Below, in pieces: positions 35,186 to 47,640 of a DNA stretch of 64,000 nucleotides. The position numbers and the translations under genes were made by a program. Source of the DNA: Macrostomum hystrix (taxonomy: Eukaryota > Animalia > Platyhelminthes); contig CATNEN010000025.1 in assembly GCA_950097015.1 (NCBI GenBank), forward strand, positions 4,278,001 to 4,342,000. Reading direction: 5' to 3'. Every line of letters begins with the position of its first letter. The stretch's first letter is position 1. The notes under the pieces are model-generated. The model saw only the letters and a list, made by a program, of their open reading frames with translations. It did no database searches and had not been told where the DNA came from.

Positions 35186-35500
35186 TGGGTCGGTGGCAGA
35201 GCGGTTATCGCATTTGCCTGTCGCACCACGGTCCCTAAGCTCGATTCCACGGCGAGGCCACATTTATTTGGGGCGCAGCCGCAGAGAGAAGGCTTGATGG
35301 CTTGTCGTGCAATTTACGCCCTTGTGGGCCAACCTCCAAGGCACAGTGAAATGTACACTGCCTGACGATGAGAAAGTCAGGGCAGATGTACACACCTGTG
35401 TGAGCGTATGCCTGCATACAGTATCTGTGTGCATGTGTGCTCAGGAGTCAGCGAAATGGGCAGAAAAGCCTCCTCGCTGGCTGCGGGTCTAGTGTCACGT
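35186..35500 (+). mobile_element. tRNA-derived SINE, copy 3
   Basis: A box TGGCAGAGCGG, B-box-like GCTCGATTCC, body shared with copies 1 and 2. Confidence 0.75.
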
Positions 35501-37150
35501 GTCACAATTTTTATAACAAATTCGTATAGAATTTTCTGCTTTTGCTGCGTCAACTGTTTGTAGTCTTGAAGCTACCCGTTTTACAGCACGAATCTCGCGG
35601 TCACAAGTCTGAGGCTCTTACCTGTCTCTGTGCAGCTTTGCAGACTGACTTGTAAGACTTCAGCCTAAACATCTCAGAATTCATGCTGCTTTAAAGCAGG
35701 CTTAATCAACTCAAATTAACTGCTCCATTAGTGAGGCTGATGATCCTCAAGCGCTGCCCTCCTGCGTCACCGCCGCACTCGACTCGTCACAAAAGAAAAT
35801 TTCGTTAAATATTTCCAACTGAGATATAAATTATCATCTTGCAGCAGCTCCGGAGGGTAGGGCCGAGCGAGGAAGTATAGATCAGGCGCATGTCTGCTGC
35901 TTTGAGAAGCAGCAAATCCCCCGGGATGCTAGGTGGCGGCTTATATTTTAGGGGCGCATTGCGGGCCGGTCTAATGCACCGGTCCGTGACAAATGGCGCT
36001 CGTGCGCGGCCGCAGGAAACTGCAATTTCCCCCCCCGCCCCGCCCACCTCTCGATCCACTCCGCTATTCCATCTGCATCTCTCGCGGCCTCTTCCATTGC
36101 CTCAATCTCACATTCTTTGTTTCTCCTGGGGGGTCGCGGTATCGTATCGTCCTCTGAGAACAGCCCGGCTTGAGGGAGGAGCCAGAGACTAGGGGACATT
36201 CTTCATCTGTCACGCCGCAGGCCCCGCTGCAGCAAATAATAGATTGCTCAGATTACTGGCGATGCATAAGGAGGATTAAACTGGCCGCGAAATTGTGCCT
36301 AACAAATGTTACACGGACATATGATTGGTTGATTGGTTGAAAGCTACTGCGCTACGCTTCCAAAGGCTGAGTACAGTCTGTTCAGTCCATGGACTGCGGA
36401 TGCCGCCGTACCAACCTAAATTTCTATCTCAGCTGATGCTAGTAACTCTTGATTACCTCTCGATCGTAGGGTTCCAAGCTTAAGTCGCTATAAAATGCTG
36501 AAAAATGGTATCTGAAATGCCCACAAACTGAATTTCCTTGCGTCGCAATAAAGGTTGGATAAAAAATCCTCTGCTCGTAAAAGAAAAAATCGTAGCTGCT
36601 GCTACGACGGAGGTGTCAGTCAGAATTGAGTTGCGCTTGTACTTTTACAATGAATGGGAGACAGGCCGAGTCCAGGGCTCCTCTCTCAGGAATTCTGGTT
36701 CAGGCAGAAGAGACGGAACACATTTTTATTCACTATATTTTATTACTCTGGTCTGCCGAAAACACAAAATGCCTCATAAAATTGTCAATCTAACGGGTTA
36801 AAGCAACTCAAAAGGTGGCGGGTTACCAGTTGGCTTGTAAGAGTTATAACTGGCAAGAGAGACGTTTTTACGTACAAAACATAGGATAAAATTGCTCAGT
36901 TTTTACTGTGCCTTGGCTCGCATGATCACGCGCTTTCGTGTTCCCGTGAATAGTAGCCCCATAAGTCACTGCCCCCTTACCCTCCTATCTCATCTCGCAG
37001 CCAATAGCAGGCTAAGTTTGTCCAGCAGGACGTCAGCTGACTATATATCAGGTTGTGATAGTTGGCGATATTATTTTTTTTCAAGTTCAAGACAAAATCC
37101 CTACCTAAGAAGAAAATTCAAGCAAAAAAACTGAAAACAAGTGCAAGAGC

Positions 37151-39045
37151 ATGAGCACAAACCTGTTTGAGCTGTTCATGTGCTCACTGGTGACATGCGG
37201 CAGCAACTCAACTCTGAACATCACCCAGCAGTCCGTCCGTATGGCTCAGAATGTTTCCAACTCTCTGGGCAGCGACGCCGTGTGTCCCGGCTGTCAGCTG
37301 TTCTACCTGGTGGTCACTCCCCTGATAGTGATCCTTGGTTGCGTTGGCAACATCCTCTGCATCAAGGTGTTCACCAGGCGTCGCTTCCACAACCAGAGCG
37401 CCAGCGTGTTCTTCGCGTTCCTGTCCGGAGCGGATCTTCTGGTCCTGCTGTTTTACGTGGTGCCCGAGTGGTTGCAGCGACAGAATTTTCTGCCGATGGA
37501 GCTGAAGAACTGGCTGAACCTGCAGATCGTGTGCCAGGCGCAGCTGTTCTTCTCCTACTCGTTTCGGCTCGTGTCCGTATGGATGCTGGTCACGTCCACG
37601 GTGGAGAGATACGTTGGTGAGTTTGTTTGCCGGTGTGAGATGCGTTAGTGAGTGTGTTTGCCGGTGTGAGATGCGTTGGTGCGTGTGTTTGCCGGTGTGA
37701 GATGCGTTGGTGAGTTTGTTTGCCGGTGTGAGATGCGTTGGTGAGTGTGTTTGCCGGTGGGAGATGCGTTGGTGAGTGTGGTAACAGGTGTGAGGCAGGT
37801 TGGTTTAGTGTGTCTGCCGGTGTGTGAGGCTCTAGACAGTATGCTGACAGTATTTTGTCACTCTGTCACCAGGTGTCACTGCCAACCTCACTCTGTCACC
37901 AGGTGTCACTGCCAACCTCACTCTGTCACCAGGTGTCACTGCCAACCTCACTCTGTCACCAGGTGTCACTGAAAACCTCAATCTGTCACCAGGTGTCACT
38001 GCCAAACTCACTCTGTCACCGGGTGTCACTCCCAACCTCACTCTGTCACCGGGTGTCACTCCCAACCTCACTCTGTCACCGGGTGTCACTCCCAACCTCA
38101 CTCTGTCACCAGGTGTCACTCCCAACCTCACTCTGTCACCAGGTGTCACTCTCAGTGTCATTCTGCCACCAGATGTCACTCTCAGTGTCATTCTGCCACC
38201 AGATATCACTCCCAGCATCCCTCTGTCACTAGGTGTCACTCTCAGTGTCACTCTGTCACAAGCTCAGTGTAGACTTTCCTTTCCATGCTGTCTCAATCAC
38301 ATTTTCTCTCACCTCACTCCCACGAGTCACGAGTGGGAGTGACTCATGGGCAGTTTGCTAATGTCGTCTTACGTTTCTATACAAAAGCAATTGCGTTGTC
38401 TCTATTGTCTTTCGCCTAATCTCCAGCACTCACTTATTTTGCATGGCTTTCAGCATCTCCTCAAATCCAGATGATCCTGGCACACATAAAATCTCGTAGC
38501 TAGCTTAGCATCTTTGTCTCCTAAGGCAATCACAGGGACTTCCTATCAGGTTCTGGCACCAGCGCACCAACCTCTCAACTATTTATCTAATTTTTCGCGA
38601 GAAGTTAATAAAAATATAATAAAAATGTTGTTATACAGGCACCGCATTAACGGGAACTGTTGGATGCGTAGGACCCTTGGGACAGTTGCTTTTGTATAAC
38701 ATTTTGAGTGCACACACACACACACATTCTTCGCCTGCTTCTCCCTCCACAATGGCCCCTTCAGCTGCTTCTAAAAGCCCTCATAATAACACGCACTCCT
38801 GGAGCTGTCGGGTTGCAGGAGAATAGCTGCTCTGGGGTGGGGCGGGGCAGACGCGGAGGCGGGAAGGAGAAATGGGAAGAGATGGGGGTTGGAAATAAAA
38901 TTTCAGACCCAACTCCCCTCCCAAGTTGGGAGCGTGGATAGAAATGAGAAATGAGTCTGCAGTGAGCACACGAAAGTCATAGAGTTGTGCAGCACTTGAA
39001 CTAGAATATCTGTGCCCGGATTGGACTCTGCTCAAACTGCGGCCT

Positions 39046-39087
<42 letters not shown>

Positions 39088-42000
39088 TGAATTGTCTTTC
39101 ATCTGTGGCCCTCCCCTGTCCGTTTTCAACATGCAGCTTTGCCTAATTTCAGCCATTGAAGCAAGTTCGGATATCTGCGGGGAAACGTTGATGAAAATGG
39201 GGAGTTATTTCAAATGATCCCGCTGTCCGGGGTAGCCGCTGAATATGAGGGATAAACTTGCCAGCCAGCAGCGTGAGTCGCATTTGCATTCCATCTCAAG
39301 GGAGACGATCGATATTAAACATAATCTGAAATTATGTCTTTTAGTAAATAATTCTAGAGTTTTTACGGCTAACCAATGCGATAATGAGGAAGAGAGAGCA
39401 AGGTTCAGTTGCTGCTGCTGCTGCCGCTGCTGCGATGTAAAAATAGTGTTTAGCATCAAAATCTGTGTTCGCTTTGTTGTGCATGCTGAGTTTAACAATA
39501 TGAGATCCGGTCTGGGCCAGGTGAGTCCCTTGGGTCCCCACAGAGAGGGGAACAATTAACCTAGCATTCTATACTCTAAATGTCAGTCAGTCATTTTTAC
39601 GGCCTAATCCAAAGCTCCCATGAGCTACTATTATTGTCGCAATCGATTTCCGTGACCGCAGGCTGAAATCAGAAAGGGATTTTTTGCTAGTTTAACAGCT
39701 GCTGTGTCTATACAAGCCTCTTTTAATGTCTTTGTGCGTCCAACATCACTTTTGTTTAGTTGCTGAAGGATCTCCATGAAGTATTTGGAAACCCGAGGTA
39801 ATCCTTAAAAGATCTCACTCACAGCTCTGTGAGATCATAGATAATCCCTAAAACAGGGGTCGGCAAACTTATTGGCGATGAGAGATTGGAGATGACGATT
39901 GGAGATGAGACAAGGGAGAGATGAGACAAGGGAGAGATGAGACAGGGGAGAGATGAGACAGGGGAGAGATGAGACAGGGGAGAGATGAGACAGTGTAGAG
40001 ATGAGACAGGGGAGAGATGAGACAGGGGAGAGATGAGACAGGGGAGAGATGAGACAGGGGAGAGATGAGACAGGGGAGAGATGAAACAAGGGAGAGATGA
40101 GACAGGGGAGAGATGAGACAGTGTAGAGATGAGACAGTGTAGAGATGAGACAGGGGAGAGATGAGACAGGGGAGAGATGAGACAGTGTAGAGATGAGACA
40201 GGGGAGAGATGAAACAAGGGAGAGATGAGACAGGGGAGAGATGAGACAGTGTAGAGATGAGACAGGGGAGAGATGAGACAGTGTAGAGATGAGACAGGGG
40301 AGAGATGAGACAGTGTAGAGATGAGACAGGGGAGAGATGAGACAGTGTAGAGATGAGACAGGGGAGAGATGAGACAGGGGAGAGATGAGACAGGGGAGAG
40401 ATGAGACAGGGGAGAGATGAGACAGGGGAGAGATGAGACAGGGGAGAGATGAGACAGTGTAGAGATGAGACAGGGGAGAGATGAGACAGTGTAGAGATGA
40501 GACAGGGGAGAGATGAGACAGTGTAGAGATGAGACAGGGGAGAGATGAGACAGGGGAGAGATGAGACAGGGGAGAGATGAGACAGTGTAGAGACGAGACA
40601 GGGGAGAGATGAGACAGGGGAGAGATGAGACAAGGGAGAGATGAGACAGGGGAGAGATGAGACAGGGGAGAGATGAGACGGCGGGAGAGATGAGACAGGG
40701 GAGACATGAGACGGTGGGAGAGATGAGACAAGGGAGAGATGAGACAGTGTAGAGATGAAACAGGGGAGAGATGAGACAGTGTAGAGATGAGACAGGGGAG
40801 AGATGAGATAGGGGAGAGATGAGCCAGGATACTGTAGGTGTTGGAAGGGGCAATGTGCCGGATTTGGGAGCTTCGAGGGCCGTAACTGGCCCGCGGGCCG
40901 GAGTTTGCCGAGCCCTGCCCTAAAAGATCCCACTTAAGATCAGTAAAATCAAAGATAACCCCGAAAAAATCCCACTAAAAGATCCGTGGGATCATGAATA
41001 ATCCCTAAAAGATCCCACTCACAGCTCTGTGGTATCATAGATAATCCATTAAAGATCCCACTTAAAGATCCCACTCACAGATCAGTGGGATCATGAATAA
41101 TCCCTAAAAGATCCCACTCACAGCTCTGTGGGATCATAGATAATCCATTAAAGATCCCACTTAAAGATCCCACTCACAGATCCGTGGGATCATGAATAAT
41201 CCCTAAAAGATCCCACTCACAGCTCTGTGGTATCATAGATAATCCATTAAAGATCCCACTTAAAGATCCCACTCACAGCTCTGTGGGATCATAGATAATC
41301 CATTAAAGATCCCACTGAAAGATCCCACTCACAGATCAGTGGGATCATGAATAATCCCTAAAAGATCCCACTCACAGCTCTGTGGGATCATAGATAATCC
41401 ATTAAAGATCCCACTTAAAGATCCCACTCACAGATCAGTGGGATCATGAATAATCCCTAGATGATTCTAGTGAATGATCTAGAAGTTCTCAGGTCATCTG
41501 CTCGCAGACACAATGAACTGAGGCCGTATGCCAATATTTTCTAACTTAAACATCACTTTAAAAGGACATTTCTTCGAGCCCAGAGGGTGTGTCGGCGGCG
41601 TGGCGAGAGTTCTCGCATAAATAATTTGCTAAGTCAACAAGGTGGCTCTCTGAGAAACCTAATGCGGTCCAGAATCGAGCAGCCTCGCTTAAAGCATTTT
41701 CATTGAGACCAAATCGTGTGGCTTGAAGATGCATTTTTCCTAACTTTAAAGAACGGCAAAATAAGTGCATTCAGTGGGCAGTGCCGAGTTCATGGTAAAA
41801 TTAATAATTAGTCCCTACCCCTCGTTTGAAATAGGACAGTGAATTGAAAGATGAGTGTGGTTAAAAATTGCGGAAGTTTCTTGGAAATTCAATAGGGGCC
41901 ATCGGGAAGGAATTAGGCCCTGTTTGCCGTCAGATGCAGCCAGCCGTATTGAAAATCTTCTTATTCACTCGCATAGTTCGGCTGGTGAGCTAAACTAGGC

Positions 42001-45000
42001 CTCGGCTAGAGTGCTCACTCACGCTCACACAAAACTCTAAACCTGATCACATTCCGTGCTGATCCTTCTATCTGACTCTCACCCATTCTGTCTCACCCAT
42101 TCTGTCTCACCCCTTCTGTCTCACCCATTCTGTCTCACCCATTCTGTCTCACCCATTTTGTCTCACCCCTTCTGTCTCACCCATTTTGTCTCACCCATTC
42201 TGTCTCCCCCATTCTATCTCACCCATTCTGTCTCACCCATTCTGTCTCACCCCTTCTGTCTCACCCATTCTGTCTCCCCCATTCTATCTCACCCATTCTG
42301 TCTCACCCATTCTGTCTCACCCATTTTGTCTCACCCATTCTGTCTCACCCATTCTGTCTCCCCCCATTCTATCTCACCCATTCTGTCTCACCCATTCTGT
42401 CTCACCCATTCTGTCACCCATTCTGTCTCACCCATTCTGTCTCACCCATTCTGTCACCCATTCTGTCTCACCCATTCTGTCTCACCCCATCTGTCTCACC
42501 CATTCTGTCTCACCCATTCTGTCTCACCCATTCTGTCTCACCCATTCTGTCTCACCCATTCTGTCTCACCCATTCTGTCTCACCCATTCTGTCTCACCCA
42601 TTCTGTCACCCATTCTGTCTCACCCATTCTGTCTCACCCATTCTGTCACCCATTCTGTCTCACCCATTCTGTCTCACCCCATCTGTCTCACCCATTCTGT
42701 CTCACCCATTCTGTCTCACCCATTCTGTCTCACCCATTCTGTCTCACCCATTCTGTCTCACCCATTCTGTCTCACCCATTCTGTCTCACCCATTCTGTCA
42801 CCCATTCTGTCTCACCCATTCTGTCTCACCCCATCTGTCTCACCCATTCTGTCTCACCCATTCTGTCTCACCCATTCTGTCTCACCCATTCTGTCTCACC
42901 CATTCTGTCTCACCCATTCTGTCTCACCCATTCTGTCTCACCCATTCTGTCACCCATTCTGTCTCACCCCATCTGTCTCACCCATTCTGTCTCACCCATT
43001 CTGTCACCCATTCTGTCTCACCCATTCTGTCTCACCCATTCTGTCTCACCCATTCTGTCTCACAGACAGAAGACCTCTTCTGTCTTGTCTTCTATTTGTC
43101 ACTCCCAGCCTACTGTTTTAGCTGTACTATTAGCTGAATGGCAGCTCTCGTTAATCTCAGAAAGCGACACCTCATTTGTGTCAGTGGCGCTGCCCAAACA
43201 TTGTTTTTCTTACGCGGCTAAGAGTTAATTAGACTGGGAAACCATCAATGGACAATGGACTGATTAACAAACCCAGAATTTGCAATGAAAAATCACTCCT
43301 TTCTACTTACCTTTTGCCTTTTTGGACAGAGGATAGTAGTTTTAAAAAAATAAGTTTTTTCTGTAATATTGTTAGCATTAGACCTGCTCTGAAGCGGAAG
43401 TTTTTGGGAGAAAAAAGCTTATTCACTCGCATCCTTAATTGCTCCCACAGATTAATTGAGTGCTAATCTAGGATTTCCAGTCTTGAGCAGTTGTGAACCG
43501 ATCTCATTGTGAGCTATCTCATTAGCTGCCATCTGGCACAATCTCCTGCCTATTCTGTCCTCATCCTCTCGCTTCCTCGAAGTTTTTTTCTTTTAGTTTT
43601 TTCCTCAACCTTCATCGATTTCCTCAGCTCAGCTTCCTGTCACCTGAACTGCGGCTTATCTATAGCATCTCAGCCTCTATAGCTCCATCGCCCTGGCTCT
43701 TATCGGCTTATGTCAGCTCAGCTGTTCTCACGCTAGCTAGAGGTCCGGTATCGATCTTAGAGCGCCTGTAGACTTAAGGTGGGAATTCCTCTGTTCTGCT
43801 TGGCCATTTTTTTAAGTCATTAATTGTTGCAATTTTATTTGGCAGTCTAAACTCATTTGCCATGGGTGCAATTGGCCATTATTGACACTTGACAACTGGC
43901 CAGCCCCCTTAACTATCTAGCAATTCCTGACTGCTGGTAATAACAGGCCAGCGTTCGCCAAATGCGGACAACCCACAGTTCATATCGGGCTAGCCTACAG
44001 TTGACAACGGGCTAACCTACAGCTGATAACGGGCAAACCTACAGTTGACAACGGGCAAACCTACAGTTGACAACGGGCAAACCTACAGTTGAGAACGGGC
44101 AAACCTACAGTTGATAACGGGCAAACCTACAGTTGATAACGGGCAAACCTACAGTTGATAACGGGCAAACCTACAGCTGATAACGGGCAAACCTACAGCT
44201 GATAACGGGCAAACCTACAGTTGACAACGGGCAAACCTACAGTTGATAACGGGCAAACCTACAGTTGACAACGGGCAAACCTACAGTTGATAACGGGCAA
44301 ACCTACAGTTGATAACGGGCAAACCTACAGTTGATAACGGGCTAACCTACAGCTGATAACGGGCAAACCTACAGTTGACAACGGGCAAACCTACAGTTGA
44401 CAACGGGCAAACCTACAGTTGATAACGGGAAAACCTACAGCTGATAACGGGCAAACCTACAGTTGATAACGGGCAAACCTACAGTTGATAACGGGCAAAC
44501 CTACAGTTGACAACGGGCAAACCTACAGTTGATAACGGGCAAACCTACAGTTGACAACGGGCGAACCTACAGTTGACAACGGGCAAACCTACAGTTGATA
44601 ACGGGCTAACCTACAGCTGATAACGGGCAAACCTACAGTTGATAACGGGCTAACCTACAGTTGACAACGGGCAAACCCACAGTTGATAACGGGCAAACCT
44701 ACAGTTGATAACGGGCAAACCTACAGTTGATAACGGGCAAACCTACAGTTGATAACGGGCAAACCTACAGTTGATAACGGGCAAACCTACAGTTGACAAC
44801 GGGCGAACCTACAGTTGACAACGGGCAAACCTACAGTTGATAACGGGAAAACCTACAGCTGATAACGGGCTAACCTACAGCTGATAACGGGCAAACCTAC
44901 AGTTGATAACGGGCTAACCTACAGCTGATAACGGGCAAACCTACAGTTGATAACGGGCTAACCTACAGCTGATAACGGGCTAACCTACAGCTGATAACGG

Positions 45001-45783
45001 GCTAACCTACAGCTGATAACGGGCAAACTCTAAGCTGATTATTCACTGAGATTGGGTACACGCATTCGCATCCTTAGCCAGCCACCCCACCGCCCTCGCC
45101 CAGGAGTCCGCTACCCGCTGCTTCGCCGTCGCATCTGCACAATGCGCAACGCCCGCCGCATCATCTTCATTCTGGTGACAATAAGCTACGCGCTCTGCCT
45201 GTGGAAGCCGTTCATGTCCGTCACGAAGCAATCTAGTGACAACTCGAGTGTCTGTCTGTCAAAAACTGACGACCGCGTCCTCATGTTCGCCACAGACGCC
45301 GCCTACGCCGCCCTGCTGACCGCCATCCCATCCGCTATCATCTTCGTGTTCAACGCGCTGATTGCTCGCCAGCTGCTGGTGGTTCGTCACAGGTCGGCCA
45401 GCAACGCGGAACGAGCCAATCACGACGTGGCGGGTCAACAGTTTGCCTGCCTGCTGGTTCTGGTGTCCACCGCCTTCCTGTTGCTCACCTGCCCCTACTA
45501 TGTGGTCTGGCTAACCAGCTTTGTCATCAAGTTCAAGCTCATGCGCAGCGTGTCAACCATGGGCATCACCGATCTGGCCGACAGCGGCGATGGCATTCGT
45601 CAGGGCCACTACGACAGCGCCCTGACTGTCACCAGGACCATCTACTACCTGACCTACAGCGTGAACTTCTTTCTCTATTCCTACGCCAGCGCCTATTTTC
45701 GCAACGAGATGAAGCGAATGTTCACCGTGAAGCAGACCAGAGACCGGGCCAGGCGCTTCTACCGGCACCATCACCACGGCAGC

Positions 45784-45818
<35 letters not shown>

Positions 45819-46227
45819 TCCGGACGGAACTATCAGCGGCGTCGGGGCGACCTCGGCCGCCAACTGGGGCGGTAGCGGCGGCAATGGCCGGCTGCATTTC
45901 ACAATGAGCCGGCCCAGCAACAGCTGCGATCCCAGCTCCTATGCCGGACTGCTGGATCGCTACAAGAAGATTACCATCAAACGGATGCCGACAATGAGGA
46001 AGCCGGCTGAGCCGCAGCAGCAGCAGCAGCAGGAGGATCAGGCTCAACAGCAGCCAGCTCAGCAGCAGGAGCAGTGTTCGAACCAGCCAGCTCAGCAGAC
46101 GCCGCAGAAGCAGAAACGCAAGCAGAAGCAGCTCCAGAAGCAGCAACAGCAGCAGCAGCAGCAGCTGACGGAGATAGTCAAAGCTGAGATGCACAGCTGC
46201 CATGCCATTGAAGAGGCAAGTGGCTAA
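37151..46227 (+). CDS. Class A (rhodopsin-like) peptide-type GPCR; exons 37151-37616 and 45104-46227
   Basis: TM1 GN, TM2 L...D, TM3 C...SVW...ERYVG|VRYP, TM5 P...IF.FN, TM6 F...T.P, TM7 YS.NF.LY, Gln-rich tail. Phase-1 GT-AG junction joins cleanly. Resembles FMRFamide/myosuppressin-type receptors but the ligand is unknown. Confidence 0.9.
37605..37780 (+). repeat. 31-bp repeat, ~6 copies, containing the GPCR exon-1 end and splice donor
   Basis: GAGAT[A/G]CGTTG|GTGAGT recurs with donors at 37617, 37648, 37710, 37741 and 37772 (37679 is GTGCGT). Confidence 0.9.
37855..38270. repeat. 30-bp minisatellite (CTCTGTCACCAGGTGTCACTGCCAACCTCA)n in GPCR intron
   Basis: Directly visible. Confidence 0.95.
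39854..40917 (-). mobile_element. Non-autonomous hAT element (MITE) with 8-bp TSD, filled with a ~900-bp 16-bp satellite (GAGATGAGACAGGGGA)n
   Basis: TIRs CAGGGGTCGGCAAACT / AGTTTGCCGAGCCCTG (15/16). Perfect TSD CCCTAAAA at 39846-39853 and 40918-40925. Subterminal GGCCCGCGGGCC. Confidence 0.92.
40918..41460. repeat. Composite repeat built from AAAGATCCCACTCACAG / GGATCAT units; its first unit (39810-39853) is separated by the hAT insertion
   Basis: Directly visible. Confidence 0.9.
42075..43062. repeat. 14-bp minisatellite (CCCATTCTGTCTCA)n
   Basis: Directly visible. Confidence 0.97.
43990..45028. repeat. 22-bp minisatellite (ACAGTTGATAACGGGCAAACCT)n near the GPCR exon-2 acceptor
   Basis: Directly visible. 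Confidence 0.97.
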
Positions 46228-46544
46228 GAACTCCTTCTCAACCTGCACCTTCAAGCCAGTGGCACTCTCTGTCGATGGCCTTTGAATTTTTAATCGACCT
46301 AAACGCAAAGGACCTAGTTAGATTTGCGAACTTCAATCCTGTTGACATAATTTTTAGTTTATACCGATACCGATATTCAGTATCGATCCGATGTTTAAGG
46401 CTTTTCTTCACATTATGCAAGTTTTACTTATGTTATTGGCGCTATGTGGCATTCTACAACTAGTGAACTCGATTGCAATATCTACAGCACATCACAGTTA
46501 CTACTCGTGTTACAATCATATTACAAAACAACAGGCAGAACTGT

Positions 46545-47640
46545 CCTTAGCAACGGAATCACTCTAAACAGAACTCTGCTTAGCAACGGAATCACAGTAA
46601 ACAGAACTCTGCTTAGCAACGGAATCACTCTAAACAGAACTCTCTATAGCAACGGAATCACTCTAAACAGAACTCTCTTTAGCAACGGAATCACTCTAAA
46701 AAGAACTCTGCTTAGCAACGGAATCACTCTAAACAGAACTCTGCTTAGCAACGGAATCACTCTAAACGGAACTCTCCTTAGCAAAGGAATCACTCTAAAC
46801 GGAACTCTCCTTAGCAACGGAATCACTCTAAACGGAACTCTCCTTAGCAAAGGAATCACTCTAAACGGAACTCTCCTTAGCAAAGGAATCACTCTAAACG
46901 GAACTCTCCTTAGCAAAGGAATCACTCTAAACGGAACTCTCCTAAGCAACGGAATCACAGTAAACAGAACTCTCTTTAGCAACGGAATCACTCTAAACTG
47001 AACTCTCCTTAGCAACGGAATCACAGTAAACAGAACTCTGCTTAGCAACGGAATCACTCTAAACAGAACTCTGCTTAGCAACGGAATCACTCTAAACAGA
47101 ACTCTCTATAGCAACGGAATCACTCTAAACAGAACTCTCTTTAGCAACGGAATCACTCTAAACAGAACTCTCTTTAGCAACGGAATCACTCTAAACAGAA
47201 CTCTCCTAAGCAACGGAATCACTCTAAACGGAACTCTCCTAAGCAACGGAATCACAGTAAACAGAACTCTCCTAAGCAACGAAATCACAGTAAACAGAAC
47301 TCACCTTAGCAACGGAATCACTCTAAACGGAACTCTCCTAAGCAACGGAATCACAGTAAACAGAACTCTCCTAAGCAACGGAATCACAGTAAACAGAACT
47401 CTCCTTAGCAACGGAATCACTCTAAACAGAACTCTCTTTAGCAACGGAATCACTCTAAACTGAACTCTCCTTAGCAACGGTATCACAGTAAACAGAACTC
47501 TGCTTAGCAACGGAATCACTCTAAACGGAACTCTCCTAAGCAACGGAATCACTCTAAACAGAACTCTCCTAAGCAACGGAATCACTCTAAACGGAACTCT
47601 CCTTAGCAACGGAATCACTCTAAACAGAACTCTGCTTAGC
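46545..47640. repeat. 33-bp minisatellite (AGCAACGGAATCACTCTAAACAGAACTCTGCTT)n downstream of the GPCR
   Basis: Directly visible. Confidence 0.97.

Noticed and set aside
35360-35385. CTGACGA...GAAA in the SINE as a hammerhead ribozyme core
   Set aside because: Only 3 nt separate CTGACGA and GAAA (no stem II), and the core is sequestered in a TGAC/GTCA hairpin; one copy has CTGACGT.
41558-41770. 70-aa minus-strand ORF that looks protein-like (LSEAARFWTALGFSESHLVDLANYL)
   Set aside because: No family recognised and no clear splice context; could be a TE remnant, but I cannot support a call.
39819-43228. 300-390-aa ORFs (LSHLSPVSSLPC; SHPFCLTHSVSP)
   Set aside because: Products of the 16-bp and 14-bp satellites in the GPCR intron; no domain content.
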